Made by a program: the position numbers and the translations under genes. Below the pieces are notes generated by a model. It saw only the letters and a list, made by a program, of their open reading frames with translations. It was not told the origin of the DNA and did no database searches. This document shows, piece by piece, positions 1 through 9,242 of a DNA stretch of 64,000 bases. Every line of letters begins with the position of its first letter. The first letter of the stretch is position 1. The DNA lies in the NCBI GenBank assembly GCA_965215195.1, contig CBDCDC010000002.1, positions 1,408,001-1,472,000 of the forward strand, in the 5' to 3' direction. Source of the DNA: Candidatus Latescibacterota bacterium (GTDB lineage: Bacteria; Latescibacterota; UBA2968; UBA8231).

Positions 1-656
1 GCCGCGAGGTTATTCAATTGGGCGTCCCGCCCGACAAGGTGTGCTGCATTCCCAACGGCGTTGACTGCCGGCTCTTTTCCGTGCGTGGGTCGCGCCAGCC
101 CGGTAAAGATGGGTGGCACCTGCTTTATATGGGCCGATTTGTCGAGGCAAAGGGATTGCGCGTCTTGCTGGCGGCACTGGCTAAAGTGCGCCGCGAGGGC
201 CGCGCGGTCTCGCTGACCTTGATCGGCGGCCACCCGGCGACCGGAACGGCCGCGCCATTTTTGCCGCAAGTCAACGCCCTCGGGCTGTCCGATTGCGTTG
301 CGTTCAAGGACGCGGTGCCTTGGGAGGATCTGCCGCAGTACATGGCTGCCGCCGATTTGTTCGTCTTGCCGAGCTTCAGCGAGGGCCTGACCACTTCGCT
401 CGTCGAGGCTATGGCCTGTGGCCTGCCGGTAGTAGCCACGCGCTGCGGTGGGCCGGAGGAAGTCGTCAATGAGGAGGTTGGACGGCTAGTGGCGGTCGGC
501 GACGCCGAGGATTTGGCGGCGGGCATCCTCGCGGTCTTGGACGAATACGACTGCTACGACCGCGAGGCGATCCGCCGGCAGGCCGAGGCGCGCTACGACT
601 ATCGCCGGGTGGCGGCGCGCATTCACGCGCTGTACGAGGAGGTACTAGCGCGATAA
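1..656 (+). CDS. Glycosyltransferase family 4 (GT-B), 5' truncated by window edge
   Basis: GRFVEAKG, DLFVLPSFSEGL..SLVEAMACGLPVVATRCGG motif; frame is open to window start. Confidence 0.9.
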   Translation, partial: REVIQLGVPPDKVCCIPNGVDCRLFSVRGSRQPGKDGWHLLYMGRFVEAKGLRVLLAALAKVRREGRAVSLTLIGGHPATGTAAPFLPQVNALGLSDCVAFKDAVPWEDLPQYMAAADLFVLPSFSEGLTTSLVEAMACGLPVVATRCGGPEEVVNEEVGRLVAVGDAEDLAAGILAVLDEYDCYDREAIRRQAEARYDYRRVAARIHALYEEVLAR

Positions 657-1372
657 TGTCCGCAGATTCCCAACGCTGGCACAAGGCTCAAGCCTACGAA
701 CGCGACTGGTGGCAGTCTCGCGCCTTGGCCGTGGACTTGAATTTCTACGCCTACTTCGCCCAAGCTCTGCGCCGAGAAATTGACAGCCTCCTCACCTTGG
801 GGCCACAGACGCGCATTCTAGAAATCGGCAGCGGCGCCGCTGGCATCCTCACTCATCTCGGGGAAAGCGACCATCGCCACGCGGTCGATCCGCTGGAGGA
901 CTTCTACGCCTCGGTGGAGCACTTTAGTGCCTTGCGCGACCCGGCCGTGCAGTACTACACCGGCACGGGCGAAAAACTCGACTTTGCCGATTCCTACTTC
1001 GACTTGGTCATCGTCGATAACGTCCTCGACCACTGCGCCGCCCCGGATCAGGTCCTAACCGAAATGCACCGCGTACTCAAGCGAGGGGGCGTGGCCTATT
1101 TCCGCCAGAATACGTACCACCTGTGGGGTCGGCTGGTGCGCGGCCTCATGGAGTGGTTCCAAATTGACCGGGGACATCCCCATACCTTTTCCAAGGGCTA
1201 CTTACAGCACCACTTCAACCGCTTGGGGCTAGCCGTCCAGCGCTTTGAGCGGAGCGGTTATTGGGCCACTTGGAGCAAAGAAATCCGCTCTCCCCGCCCT
1301 TTGGACCGGATCAAAGCCCTGCTCGGCGCGACCCGGGATCGCACCTTGTACATCCTGCAAAAACCCGCCTGA
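656..1372 (+). CDS. Class I SAM-dependent methyltransferase (type 11)
   Basis: ILEIGSGAAG motif I, FDLVIVDNVLDH, RVLKRGG; start overlaps upstream stop (TAATG). Confidence 0.85.
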   Translation: MSADSQRWHKAQAYERDWWQSRALAVDLNFYAYFAQALRREIDSLLTLGPQTRILEIGSGAAGILTHLGESDHRHAVDPLEDFYASVEHFSALRDPAVQYYTGTGEKLDFADSYFDLVIVDNVLDHCAAPDQVLTEMHRVLKRGGVAYFRQNTYHLWGRLVRGLMEWFQIDRGHPHTFSKGYLQHHFNRLGLAVQRFERSGYWATWSKEIRSPRPLDRIKALLGATRDRTLYILQKPA

Positions 1373-1465
1373 CGCTAGACGATGCACGGTTGCATAGATG
1401 CCTACAAATGACGAAAATATAATGAGATAAGACATGCCAACACTGTTTTCTACCGCTGGATTCCC

Positions 1466-2605
1466 ATGCTCATCGCCGTTTTTTGGGCCGCTTTATTCCT
1501 CGTCGTCTATACCTACTTAATCTACCCAGTTTTGCTCTGGCTCTTGGCGGCCGGCCGCAAGATGCCCGAGTATGCGCCGCTCGGCGAATGGCCGGTCGCG
1601 TCCCTGATCATTGCCGCGCACAATGAAGAAGCCACCTTGCGCACCAAGCTAGAAAACGCGCTGGCCATGGATTATCCGGCCGAGCGGCTCGACATCATCG
1701 TCGTCTCAGACGCCTCAACCGATGGCACCGACCGCATTGCCGCCGAATTCGCCGAGCGCGGGGTGCGCCTGCACCGGCAGGCGGTGCGCGGCGGCAAGAC
1801 CGAGGCGCAAAACGCGGGGGTGCGCTTGGCGCGGGGGCAGTTCCTCGCGTTCTCAGACGCCAACAGCATGTACGCGCCCAGCGCGCTCAAGCGGCTGTTG
1901 GCCCCCTTTGCCGACGAGCGGATCGGCTGCGTCTGCGGCGAGCTGCAGTACGCCAACCCGGACGACCAAGGCGCTGGCAAGGGCGAAGGCCTGTACTGGC
2001 GCTACGAGCAGTTTCTCAAGCGTCGGGAGAGCCTGCTCAGTTCCGCGCTGGGTGCCAATGGGGCCATCTACGCGCTCCGGCGCGAGCTATTCGCCGAGCT
2101 AGGCGGCGACATTATCAGCGACTTTGTCGCGCCTCTATGCACATGGCGGCGCGGCTTTCGCATCGCGTACGAACCAACGGCCGTTGCCACCGAATACAGC
2201 AGCGTCCGCTTTGGCGACGAGTTTCGCCGCCGCCGCCGCATTGTCTCGCGCTCGCTCTACGGGCTGTGGACCGAGGCCGGTGTGCTCAACCCGTTTGCAC
2301 ACTTTTTTTTTGCGTTTCAAATGTTTTCCCACAAGCTGCTCCGCTGGCTCGTGCCGGTGTGGCTGTTGGTGCTGCTCGCAGTCAATGTCCTGTTGGCCGC
2401 GAGCGAGAACTACGGCCTCTTGCTCGCCCTGCAAGTGGCTTTCTACGGCTTGGCCGCCTTGGGCCTGATGCTGCCGGAGCGGCTCGGGCGGTATTGGCTC
2501 TTTTACGTGCCGGCCTATTTCACCGCCACCAATTTGGGCACCTTGCTGGGGTTGCTGAGCTTCCTAACGGGTCGCCGCCACCGCGTCTGGCAGCCGGCGA
2601 GGTAG
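1466..2605 (+). CDS. Glycosyltransferase family 2 with membrane segments
   Basis: IIAAHNEE, SDASTDGT, FSDAN, GANGAIYA, RRRR motif; N- and C-terminal TM helices. Confidence 0.9.
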   Translation: MLIAVFWAALFLVVYTYLIYPVLLWLLAAGRKMPEYAPLGEWPVASLIIAAHNEEATLRTKLENALAMDYPAERLDIIVVSDASTDGTDRIAAEFAERGVRLHRQAVRGGKTEAQNAGVRLARGQFLAFSDANSMYAPSALKRLLAPFADERIGCVCGELQYANPDDQGAGKGEGLYWRYEQFLKRRESLLSSALGANGAIYALRRELFAELGGDIISDFVAPLCTWRRGFRIAYEPTAVATEYSSVRFGDEFRRRRRIVSRSLYGLWTEAGVLNPFAHFFFAFQMFSHKLLRWLVPVWLLVLLAVNVLLAASENYGLLLALQVAFYGLAALGLMLPERLGRYWLFYVPAYFTATNLGTLLGLLSFLTGRRHRVWQPAR

Positions 2606-2612
2606 ATCGTTT

Positions 2613-4067
2613 ATGTCGCGCCTAAAACGCATTGTCCTGCTGCTGTTGAGCGACACGGCCGCCGTCAGTTTGGCGTCGGTGTTCTTTTTGTGGATGAAGT
2701 TGGCCGGCGGCGGGCTGGAGATCGTCCGCCACAACTACGCGCGGCTCTATCCAGACGCAGTGGACGGGCCGACCTTCTGGTATGCGCTGAGCTATTACTC
2801 GGACGTGTTGCCCCTGATAAGCGGCTGCTGGCTGCTGCTGTTCCTGTTCTTTGGCTTCTACCAATCCTCGCCCTCTAGCTCGCGCTTCGACGAAATTTTC
2901 GAGGTCGTCAAGGTAGTAACCTTGGGCATCTTGCTGGCCATGGTCGCCACCTTTGACCGCGACATCCGCCTCACGCGGCTGCTGGTCTTGTTCTACTGGC
3001 TGGGCATGGTCGCGCTGGTGGCGGGGGGGCGGGTGCTGGTGCGCAGCTTTGAGCGGCAGCTCTTGCTGCGCGGCATTGGCCTCCGGCGCACGGCCATCGT
3101 GGGCGTGGATGCGCGCGGCACGCGGCTGTTGCGCACGTTGCGCACGGCACCGGCGCAAGGGTATGAAGTCGTGGGCTTTGTGCGGGCACGCGGCGAGCAA
3201 GATCGCGGGGCCATTGACGGCCTGCCCATACTCGGCGAGATAGGTGATCTGCGAACCATTCTCGCAGCCGAGGGCATTGAGGCCGTGCTCATCGCCCTGC
3301 AATCCAATTCGCACGAAGAGATCATGCAGATCGTGGAGGAGGCCGAGGGGCTGCCGGTCTCCTTTGGCATCACGCCCGACCTGTACGACATTGTGACCGG
3401 CCACGTGCGCACGACGCAGATTTACGGCGTGCCCCTGATGGAGCTCAAGCCCGAGCTGATGCCGGCTTGGCAGCGGACGGTCAAGCGGCTCATCGACGTG
3501 GTGGTGGCCATCGCCGTGCTGGCGGGATTGGCCCCGTTGTGGCTGTTGGTGGCCGCGGCGATTAAGCTGACCTCCAGCGGGCCGGTTTTCTTTCGCCAAG
3601 AGCGCGTCGGCGAGGGGGGCAAGCCCTTTGCGATGCTCAAATTTCGCTCGATGTACGCAGATGCCGAGGACAAGACCGGCCCGGTGTGGGCCAAGGGGGC
3701 AGACCCGCGCGTTACCCCGCTTGGCCGGGTGCTGCGCACCCTGCACTTAGACGAAATTCCCCAGTGCATCAACTTCCTGCGCGGCGACATGAGCTTGGTC
3801 GGCCCGCGGCCCGAACGCCCGTTTTTCGTCGAGCAGTTCAAAAAGCAGATTCCCCTGTACATGCGGCGTTTTAACGTCAAGCCCGGCCTGTTGGGCTGGG
3901 CCCAGTCCAAGCACGAGTTCGACCTCGATTCCAAAGACGTGGTGGGCATTGCCCGCGAGCGGCTGGAGTACGATTTCTACTACATCGAGAACATGTCGCT
4001 CAAGCTGGACTTCAAGATCATGCTGCAAACGGTGTGGTTCGTGCTGACGGGCAAGAGCACGCGCTGA
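2613..4067 (+). CDS. Polyprenyl-phosphate hexose-1-phosphate transferase (WcaJ/WbaP-type sugar transferase)
   Basis: KR.ID, FFRQERVG, KFRSM, DPRVT, LDEIPQ, GDMSLVGPRPERP, VKPGL.GWAQ. Confidence 0.92.
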   Translation: MSRLKRIVLLLLSDTAAVSLASVFFLWMKLAGGGLEIVRHNYARLYPDAVDGPTFWYALSYYSDVLPLISGCWLLLFLFFGFYQSSPSSSRFDEIFEVVKVVTLGILLAMVATFDRDIRLTRLLVLFYWLGMVALVAGGRVLVRSFERQLLLRGIGLRRTAIVGVDARGTRLLRTLRTAPAQGYEVVGFVRARGEQDRGAIDGLPILGEIGDLRTILAAEGIEAVLIALQSNSHEEIMQIVEEAEGLPVSFGITPDLYDIVTGHVRTTQIYGVPLMELKPELMPAWQRTVKRLIDVVVAIAVLAGLAPLWLLVAAAIKLTSSGPVFFRQERVGEGGKPFAMLKFRSMYADAEDKTGPVWAKGADPRVTPLGRVLRTLHLDEIPQCINFLRGDMSLVGPRPERPFFVEQFKKQIPLYMRRFNVKPGLLGWAQSKHEFDLDSKDVVGIARERLEYDFYYIENMSLKLDFKIMLQTVWFVLTGKSTR

Positions 4068-4269
4068 CGTTCCCAGCCGGCTCCCTCCAACGGCGCCAGA
4101 TAAGTTCTCGAATCTTCTTACTTGAATTACGCTGCCCTAGGGCGCCGGGGCGATACCCGTGGATACCGCTTCCAAGTCCAACAGCGAGATAGCGTCGTCC
4201 GCAGATTGGAGTCGTGGAGGCGGAAATGCGAGACAAGATGGCGCATGGTGCGTATCTCCTGCCGGATGT

Positions 4270-4620
4270 TTAAGCTCGCGCCAGATCGCCGACCAGCGCG
4301 ATCCCTTCGCGCAATGCCTGTCGCACAAAGGCATTGTCCGCCTCCAGCAGCACAGCCAGTTCCTCTCGCGTGTACGCGACCACATCAACGCCCACACCCA
4401 CACCCGCTGGTCGGTAGCGCATCGCCCGTTGCAAAAACGGCTCGGTGCTATGGCTGACGATGATCAGCAGATCCGCATCGCTGCCCGGCACCGCATCCCC
4501 TCGCGCCAGCGAACCGAACAGCACGATCAATTCGATTTCAGGGAGGCGTTCACTCAGTGCTTGGGCGGCACTCTTGAGACGCTTTATGAGGTGCGGGCGG
4601 TCCAGCCAGAACACCTTCAC
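4270..4620 (-). CDS. MNT-family nucleotidyltransferase (antitoxin of HEPN-MNT pair)
   Basis: LFGSLARGDAVPGSDADLLI (GSx10DxD); probable GTG start at 4620 inside ORF 4270..4686. Confidence 0.8.
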   Translation of the reverse strand: MKVFWLDRPHLIKRLKSAAQALSERLPEIELIVLFGSLARGDAVPGSDADLLIIVSHSTEPFLQRAMRYRPAGVGVGVDVVAYTREELAVLLEADNAFVRQALREGIALVGDLARA

Positions 4621-4990
4621 AGAAGCCGATGACTTGGCCGGCGTGGACCAGCGCACGCTCCGCCTCAGTACGGGTGTAGTATTCATAGGGTGCTCCTTGT
4701 GGATGCGAATTGGGGTAGCGAGCGGGAATATAGTGTTTGTCCAGCGCTTTGGCCGCGTCCAGTAGCTGCTGCTCGGGCCGTAGCGACTCGGGCAAGGATT
4801 CTAGCAGGGCCGTAACCGAATGCCCCCAAGCCGCGCCGCCCGCCTTTGCAATAACCGCCTTGACGGCTTTTTGCGCGCCTTGTTGGGCGGCAAAGCAGGC
4901 CCACTCATAGTCGCCCGCGTCGAGCGAGCGGCGTCCGTGGCCCAAATCTCGCTGGCCCTGTTTTAGCCAATCGGCATGTCGACTCGCCAT
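4550..4990 (-). CDS. HEPN domain protein (toxin of HEPN-MNT pair)
   Basis: W..Q..RDL, YEWACFAAQQ.A.KAVKA, WGHSV, LDKHYIPARYPN; ATG at 4990. Confidence 0.85.
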   Translation of the reverse strand: MASRHADWLKQGQRDLGHGRRSLDAGDYEWACFAAQQGAQKAVKAVIAKAGGAAWGHSVTALLESLPESLRPEQQLLDAAKALDKHYIPARYPNSHPQGAPYEYYTRTEAERALVHAGQVIGFCEGVLAGPPAPHKASQECRPSTE

Positions 4991-5074
4991 CGCTAGCCTT
5001 TCCTGCACACAATTTGGTCCATTCAAATTTTTACCTCCACGGCGGCGACCGTTGCCAGCAGCCGCAATCCGCCC

Positions 5075-5851
5075 CTACGTGTCGCCGCGCGGGTTGGCGC
5101 GCAGGGTTTGGAGGTGCCCGGCGAGGACTTGTGCGCCGTAGCGGAGGGCATTGCCGACGTTGAGGAAGCGATACCCCCAGCGAATTTTCTCTTGCAGTTG
5201 GTCTAATTCCGCCAGCGTAGTGCCCACGGCAATCCCGGTGTCTGCTAGCTGTTGCGGCACCTCGCGCATGATTTCCTGCACTTGCCGCGACTCGGTATTG
5301 GTGATCGTCCCCACGGTCGCCGAGAGGTCCAACGGCCCGACGAAAAGCACGTCAATGCCGGGTACGCGCTTGATTTCGTCTAGGTTGTCGTAGGCCCGCT
5401 GGCTTTCGAGCTGAAGGACGACGAGCGTCTCCTCGTTGGCCGTTTTGATGACCTCGTTCCAGTCCGCGCCCGCGACTTGGGTCCACATGGGCGAGAGGCC
5501 GCGCCGACCTTGGGGTGCGTAGCGGGCGGCCTCGACCGCGGCCGCCGCTTCTAAAGCCGTATCGACTTGGGGCACCATCACGGCCACTGCGCCCGCGTCG
5601 TACGCCTTCTTGATCAGCGCCGGGTCGTTCCACGCCACGCGCACCATGGGCGCGACGCCGCGCATCCGCGCCAGCACCAAAATTGAGTCGAGCGCTTCGG
5701 TGGCGTGGGGCATGTGCTCGGTGTCGGCCCAGAGAAAATCGGGGCCGGTGGCAATGACCGACCCGGCCACGTGTGGGGTGGGGGCCGGCAGGCTGGTGCC
5801 GAGGATGATTTCGCCGCTGCGCAGACGCGCTTTTAGGTCGTTGGGATACAT
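5075..5851 (-). CDS. HpcH/HpaI aldolase family protein
   Basis: WADTEH, PMVRV, DAGA..VMVPQV, RYAPQGRRG, QLES, LFVGPLDLS. Confidence 0.9.
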   Translation of the reverse strand: MYPNDLKARLRSGEIILGTSLPAPTPHVAGSVIATGPDFLWADTEHMPHATEALDSILVLARMRGVAPMVRVAWNDPALIKKAYDAGAVAVMVPQVDTALEAAAAVEAARYAPQGRRGLSPMWTQVAGADWNEVIKTANEETLVVLQLESQRAYDNLDEIKRVPGIDVLFVGPLDLSATVGTITNTESRQVQEIMREVPQQLADTGIAVGTTLAELDQLQEKIRWGYRFLNVGNALRYGAQVLAGHLQTLRANPRGDT

Positions 5852-5868
5852 GGATAGCTCCGTTGGAA

Positions 5869-6678
5869 TTAGCCGTACAGTGAGTAGAGGATGACGCCGC
5901 CGAGGAGGATGCGATAGGCGGCAAACGAGTAGGTGCCGTGGCGCTGGAGGAAGCGGAGTAAGAAGCCGATGGACAGGTAGCCGCTAATGGCGGCGGCGAG
6001 GATCCCCAGCCCCAAACTCAGCAGTCCAGCACCGCCTAGGCCTCCTTCGAGCAGGGCGAATAGTTGCAGGAGGCCGCTGGCACCAATGGCCGGCAGGCCG
6101 AGCAAAAAGGAGAAGCGGGCGGCGTCTTGGCGCTGGAGGCCCGCAAAAAGCCCGCCCATGATGGTTGAACCCGAGCGCGAACACCCGGGAATCAGGGCGA
6201 GGGCTTGGCACAGGCCAATGAACTGGATCGACCAGAAGCCGAGGTCCTGCATGGTGCGCTCGCGCCGCCCGACGCGCTCGGCCAGCACCAAGAACAGCGC
6301 GAGGACGATCAAGCTCGCGGCGATGAGGGGGAGTTGGCGGGCCTCGGTCTCGATAAAGTCGCGTCCTCCGAGGCCGAGCGCGGCAATGGGCACGGTGCCC
6401 ACGGCAATGGACCACGCCATGCGGCAGTCTGGGCTGTGGTTGAAGTTGCGGTGCAGCACCCCTTGCAGGGCGGCCGCGACCAGCCTTTTGACATCGGCCG
6501 TGAAGTACGCGAACACGGCCGCGAGCGTCCCCAGTTGGATCACCGCGGAAAACGCCGCGCCTGGATCGTCCCAGCCGAGAAAATGGGGCACCACCCGCAG
6601 GTGGGCCGTGCTGCTGATGGGCAGGAATTCGGTCAGACCTTGGACTAGGCCTAAGACGAGTGCTTGTAGATAGTGCAT
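5869..6678 (-). CDS. uppP: Undecaprenyl-diphosphate phosphatase
   Basis: QGLTEFLPISSTAHL, IQLG, ALIPGCSRSGSTI, AARFSFLL, FAAYRI. Confidence 0.95.
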   Translation of the reverse strand: MHYLQALVLGLVQGLTEFLPISSTAHLRVVPHFLGWDDPGAAFSAVIQLGTLAAVFAYFTADVKRLVAAALQGVLHRNFNHSPDCRMAWSIAVGTVPIAALGLGGRDFIETEARQLPLIAASLIVLALFLVLAERVGRRERTMQDLGFWSIQFIGLCQALALIPGCSRSGSTIMGGLFAGLQRQDAARFSFLLGLPAIGASGLLQLFALLEGGLGGAGLLSLGLGILAAAISGYLSIGFLLRFLQRHGTYSFAAYRILLGGVILYSLYG

Positions 6679-6729
6679 GGAGGATTTAAGCTAACCGCCG
6701 CCGCCCGCCCGGACAAGGACAGCGCACCC

Positions 6730-6759
6730 TTGACAAAAACGCGCGCCGGTGTGCAGAAT
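6730..6759 (+). promoter_or_regulatory. Probable sigma70 promoter of the dehydratase-ackA operon
   Basis: TTGACA-N18-CAGAAT, followed by SD AAGGAG before ATG 6794. Confidence 0.5.
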
Positions 6760-6793
6760 ACCCCCTGATTTGCACCGACAACAAGGAGACCTC

Positions 6794-7993
6794 ATGCCCA
6801 TTCTAATCAAAGACGTCCAAACCATCCTCACCCAACCGGCCGGTTCCCGCTTGGTCATCGTCAAGATCGTCACGTCGGACGACGGCCTGTACGGACTCGG
6901 TTGCGCGACCTTTACCCAGCGCTTCCACGCCGTACACGCGGCCATCGAACAGCACCTCAAGCCCTTCCTCATCGGCCGCGACGTGGACCGCATTGAGGAG
7001 ACTTGGCAGATGTTGATGGTCAATGGCTATTGGCGCAACGGCCCAGTGCTCAACAACGCCATCTCTGGAGTCGACCAGGCGCTGTGGGACATCAAGGGCA
7101 AGCGGGCCGGGATGCCGGTTTATCAGCTTTTGGGCGGCAAGTGCCGCGAAGGCGCGGCCGTGTACGGCCACGCGGGCGGCGATACGCCCGAGGCCGTCGT
7201 CGATAGCATCCGCCAGTTCCAAGAGCAGGGCTACCGCTACATTCGCTGCCAGATGGGCGGGTACGGCGGCAAGGCATCGACCTTAGTCAAACCCGAGGGC
7301 GCGCTCGAAGGCGCGTATTACAACCGCAAAGAGTACATGCTGAACCACCTGCGGATGTTTGAGCACATTCGCGCAGAACTGGGCTTTGAGGTGGAACTAC
7401 TGCACGACATTCACGAGCGGCTGCACCCAATTGAGGCGGTGGGCTTTGCCAAGGACGTGGAGGAGTTCAAGCTGTTCTTCTTGGAGGACGCGCTCGCGCC
7501 CGAAGACATCGAGTGGTTTCGCCACATCCGCCAGCAGTGCACAACGCCCCAGGCCATGGGCGAGTTGTTCAATCACCCGCACGAGTGGACGCCGCTCATC
7601 GAGGGGCGACTCATCGACTTTATGCGCATGCACGTCAGCCAGATGGGCGGCATTACGCCGGCGCGCAATGTCGCGGCCTTTGGGCAGATGTACGGAGTGC
7701 GCACGGCTTGGCACGGCCCGGGCGACACCTCGCCGGTGGGGCACGCGGCCAACCTGCATTTGGACCTGTGGGCACCCAATTTTGGGATCCAAGAGTGGTG
7801 CAGGTTCCCGGAGCACGTGTACGAAATGTTTCCGGGGCTGCCCGAAGTGCGCAACGGGTACATGTATCCGAGCGACGGACCGGGCTTGGGGATCGACATC
7901 GACGAGGACTTGGCGGCCAAGTATCCGTGTGCGGACGAGGTCGTCGGGTGGACGCAGACGCGCTTGCCCGACGGTAGCCCGGCGCGGCCCTAA
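6794..7993 (+). CDS. Enolase-superfamily D-mannonate dehydratase / RspA-like protein
   Basis: YWRNGPV, DQALWDIKGK, LLGG..R, LHDIHER, FLED, MGE, WHGPGD.SPVG; ATG 6794 with SD. Confidence 0.88.
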   Translation: MPILIKDVQTILTQPAGSRLVIVKIVTSDDGLYGLGCATFTQRFHAVHAAIEQHLKPFLIGRDVDRIEETWQMLMVNGYWRNGPVLNNAISGVDQALWDIKGKRAGMPVYQLLGGKCREGAAVYGHAGGDTPEAVVDSIRQFQEQGYRYIRCQMGGYGGKASTLVKPEGALEGAYYNRKEYMLNHLRMFEHIRAELGFEVELLHDIHERLHPIEAVGFAKDVEEFKLFFLEDALAPEDIEWFRHIRQQCTTPQAMGELFNHPHEWTPLIEGRLIDFMRMHVSQMGGITPARNVAAFGQMYGVRTAWHGPGDTSPVGHAANLHLDLWAPNFGIQEWCRFPEHVYEMFPGLPEVRNGYMYPSDGPGLGIDIDEDLAAKYPCADEVVGWTQTRLPDGSPARP

Positions 7994-7994
7994 G

Positions 7995-9209
7995 ATGAAA
8001 ATCCTAGTTGCCAATCTCGGCAGTACCTCGTTTAAGTACAAGGTCTTTGCCATGCCCGAGGAGGTGGTTTTGGCGCGCGGCGGCATGGATCGGATCGGGG
8101 GCCAAGGTTCGGTCCACACCTTCCAGATCGGCGGGGCCGACGAGGTCGCGCAAGCCGTGGCCCTACCCGACCACGCCAGCGCGATTGACGAAGCCCTCGG
8201 GCGCTTGGCCGCGGGCGGGGTGTTGGCTTGTGTGGAGGAGCTAAGCGCCGTGGGGTTTAAGGCCGTCCACGCGCGCGCTATTGTCCGCCTAAAGGCGAGT
8301 GAAACCGGGGTGGTCGACATCGACGAGGACGTCATCAGGCGGATGGAGGACTTTTACCCGCTCGCTCCGGCCCACAACCCCGCGTACGTGGCGGCGATCC
8401 GGCAGTTTGCGCAGGTGGTGCCCACGGCGCGGCGGATCGGGTGCTTTGAGACGGCCTTCCACGGCGCAATGCCGCAGCGGCGCAAAATGTACGCGGTGCC
8501 CTATGCTTGGTATGAACAGTACGGCATCCAGCGCTACGGCTTCCACGGGGCTAGCCACCGCTACGCCGCTGAGAAGGTCGTGGAACTAGCAGGCCGCGCC
8601 GACCTCAAACACGTCAACATGCACTTAGGCGGCTCCTCGTCCCTGTGCGCGATAAAGGATGGGGTCTCGCAGGGCGCGTCGCACGGACTCAGCCCGCAGG
8701 GCGGCCTGCCGCAAAACAACCGCATCGGCGACTTGGACCCGTACGCGCTGGATTTGGTGATGCGCAACGAGGGCCGACCGTGGGACGAGGTGTTGGCGCA
8801 GTGCGCCAGCGAGGGCGGCCTGTTGGGGATATGCGGACACAGCGACATGCGCGACATTGAAGCGGGCGCGGCAAGCGGCGACGAGCGCTGTGCCTTGGCC
8901 ATAGCCGTGCTGGCGACGGCGGCGCGCGACTGGCTGGGGGCTTTTGCGGTGGAGATGGGCGGGTTGGACGCGATCAGCTTTACCGGCGGCATTGGCGAGT
9001 TCTCGGCCGTAGTACGCGGCGAAATTTTGCGCGACTTGGAATTGCTGGGGGTGGTGATGGATGCGGCTAAAAATGAGAGCGTCCGGGGCGCGGGTAGCCT
9101 GCACGCCGCGACGAGCCGAGTGCCCATTTACGTGCTGCGCACCGACGAAGAGTTGGTGGTGGCGCGGCAGACGTGGGAGTTTTTGAGTGTGGGGACGAGA
9201 GAAGCGTAG
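7995..9209 (+). CDS. ackA: Acetate/propionate kinase family
   Basis: MKILVANLGSTSFKY, APAHNP, FETAFH, RYGFHGASHRY, HLGGSSS, FTGGIGE, TDEELVVA; true start ATG 7995. Confidence 0.88.
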   Translation: MKILVANLGSTSFKYKVFAMPEEVVLARGGMDRIGGQGSVHTFQIGGADEVAQAVALPDHASAIDEALGRLAAGGVLACVEELSAVGFKAVHARAIVRLKASETGVVDIDEDVIRRMEDFYPLAPAHNPAYVAAIRQFAQVVPTARRIGCFETAFHGAMPQRRKMYAVPYAWYEQYGIQRYGFHGASHRYAAEKVVELAGRADLKHVNMHLGGSSSLCAIKDGVSQGASHGLSPQGGLPQNNRIGDLDPYALDLVMRNEGRPWDEVLAQCASEGGLLGICGHSDMRDIEAGAASGDERCALAIAVLATAARDWLGAFAVEMGGLDAISFTGGIGEFSAVVRGEILRDLELLGVVMDAAKNESVRGAGSLHAATSRVPIYVLRTDEELVVARQTWEFLSVGTREA

Positions 9210-9242
9210 GCGGGGTTATTCCCAGACGAAGAAGGTGTACTT

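Noticed and set aside
20-32. GGGCGTCCCGCCC resembling the REP-like core
   Set aside because: Lies in frame in the glycosyltransferase (GVPP) without the flanking palindrome; likely chance
4120-4247. 39-codon minus-strand ORF with AGGAG SD downstream of MNT
   Set aside because: No recognisable motif; cannot distinguish from a chance ORF or scar
7359-7994. Long N-terminal extensions of ackA (also polA 38886-39455, metG 30572-30724, EVE 34498-34758)
   Set aside because: ORF-caller extensions overlapping upstream genes; family motifs and SD sites give later starts, so these are not fusions
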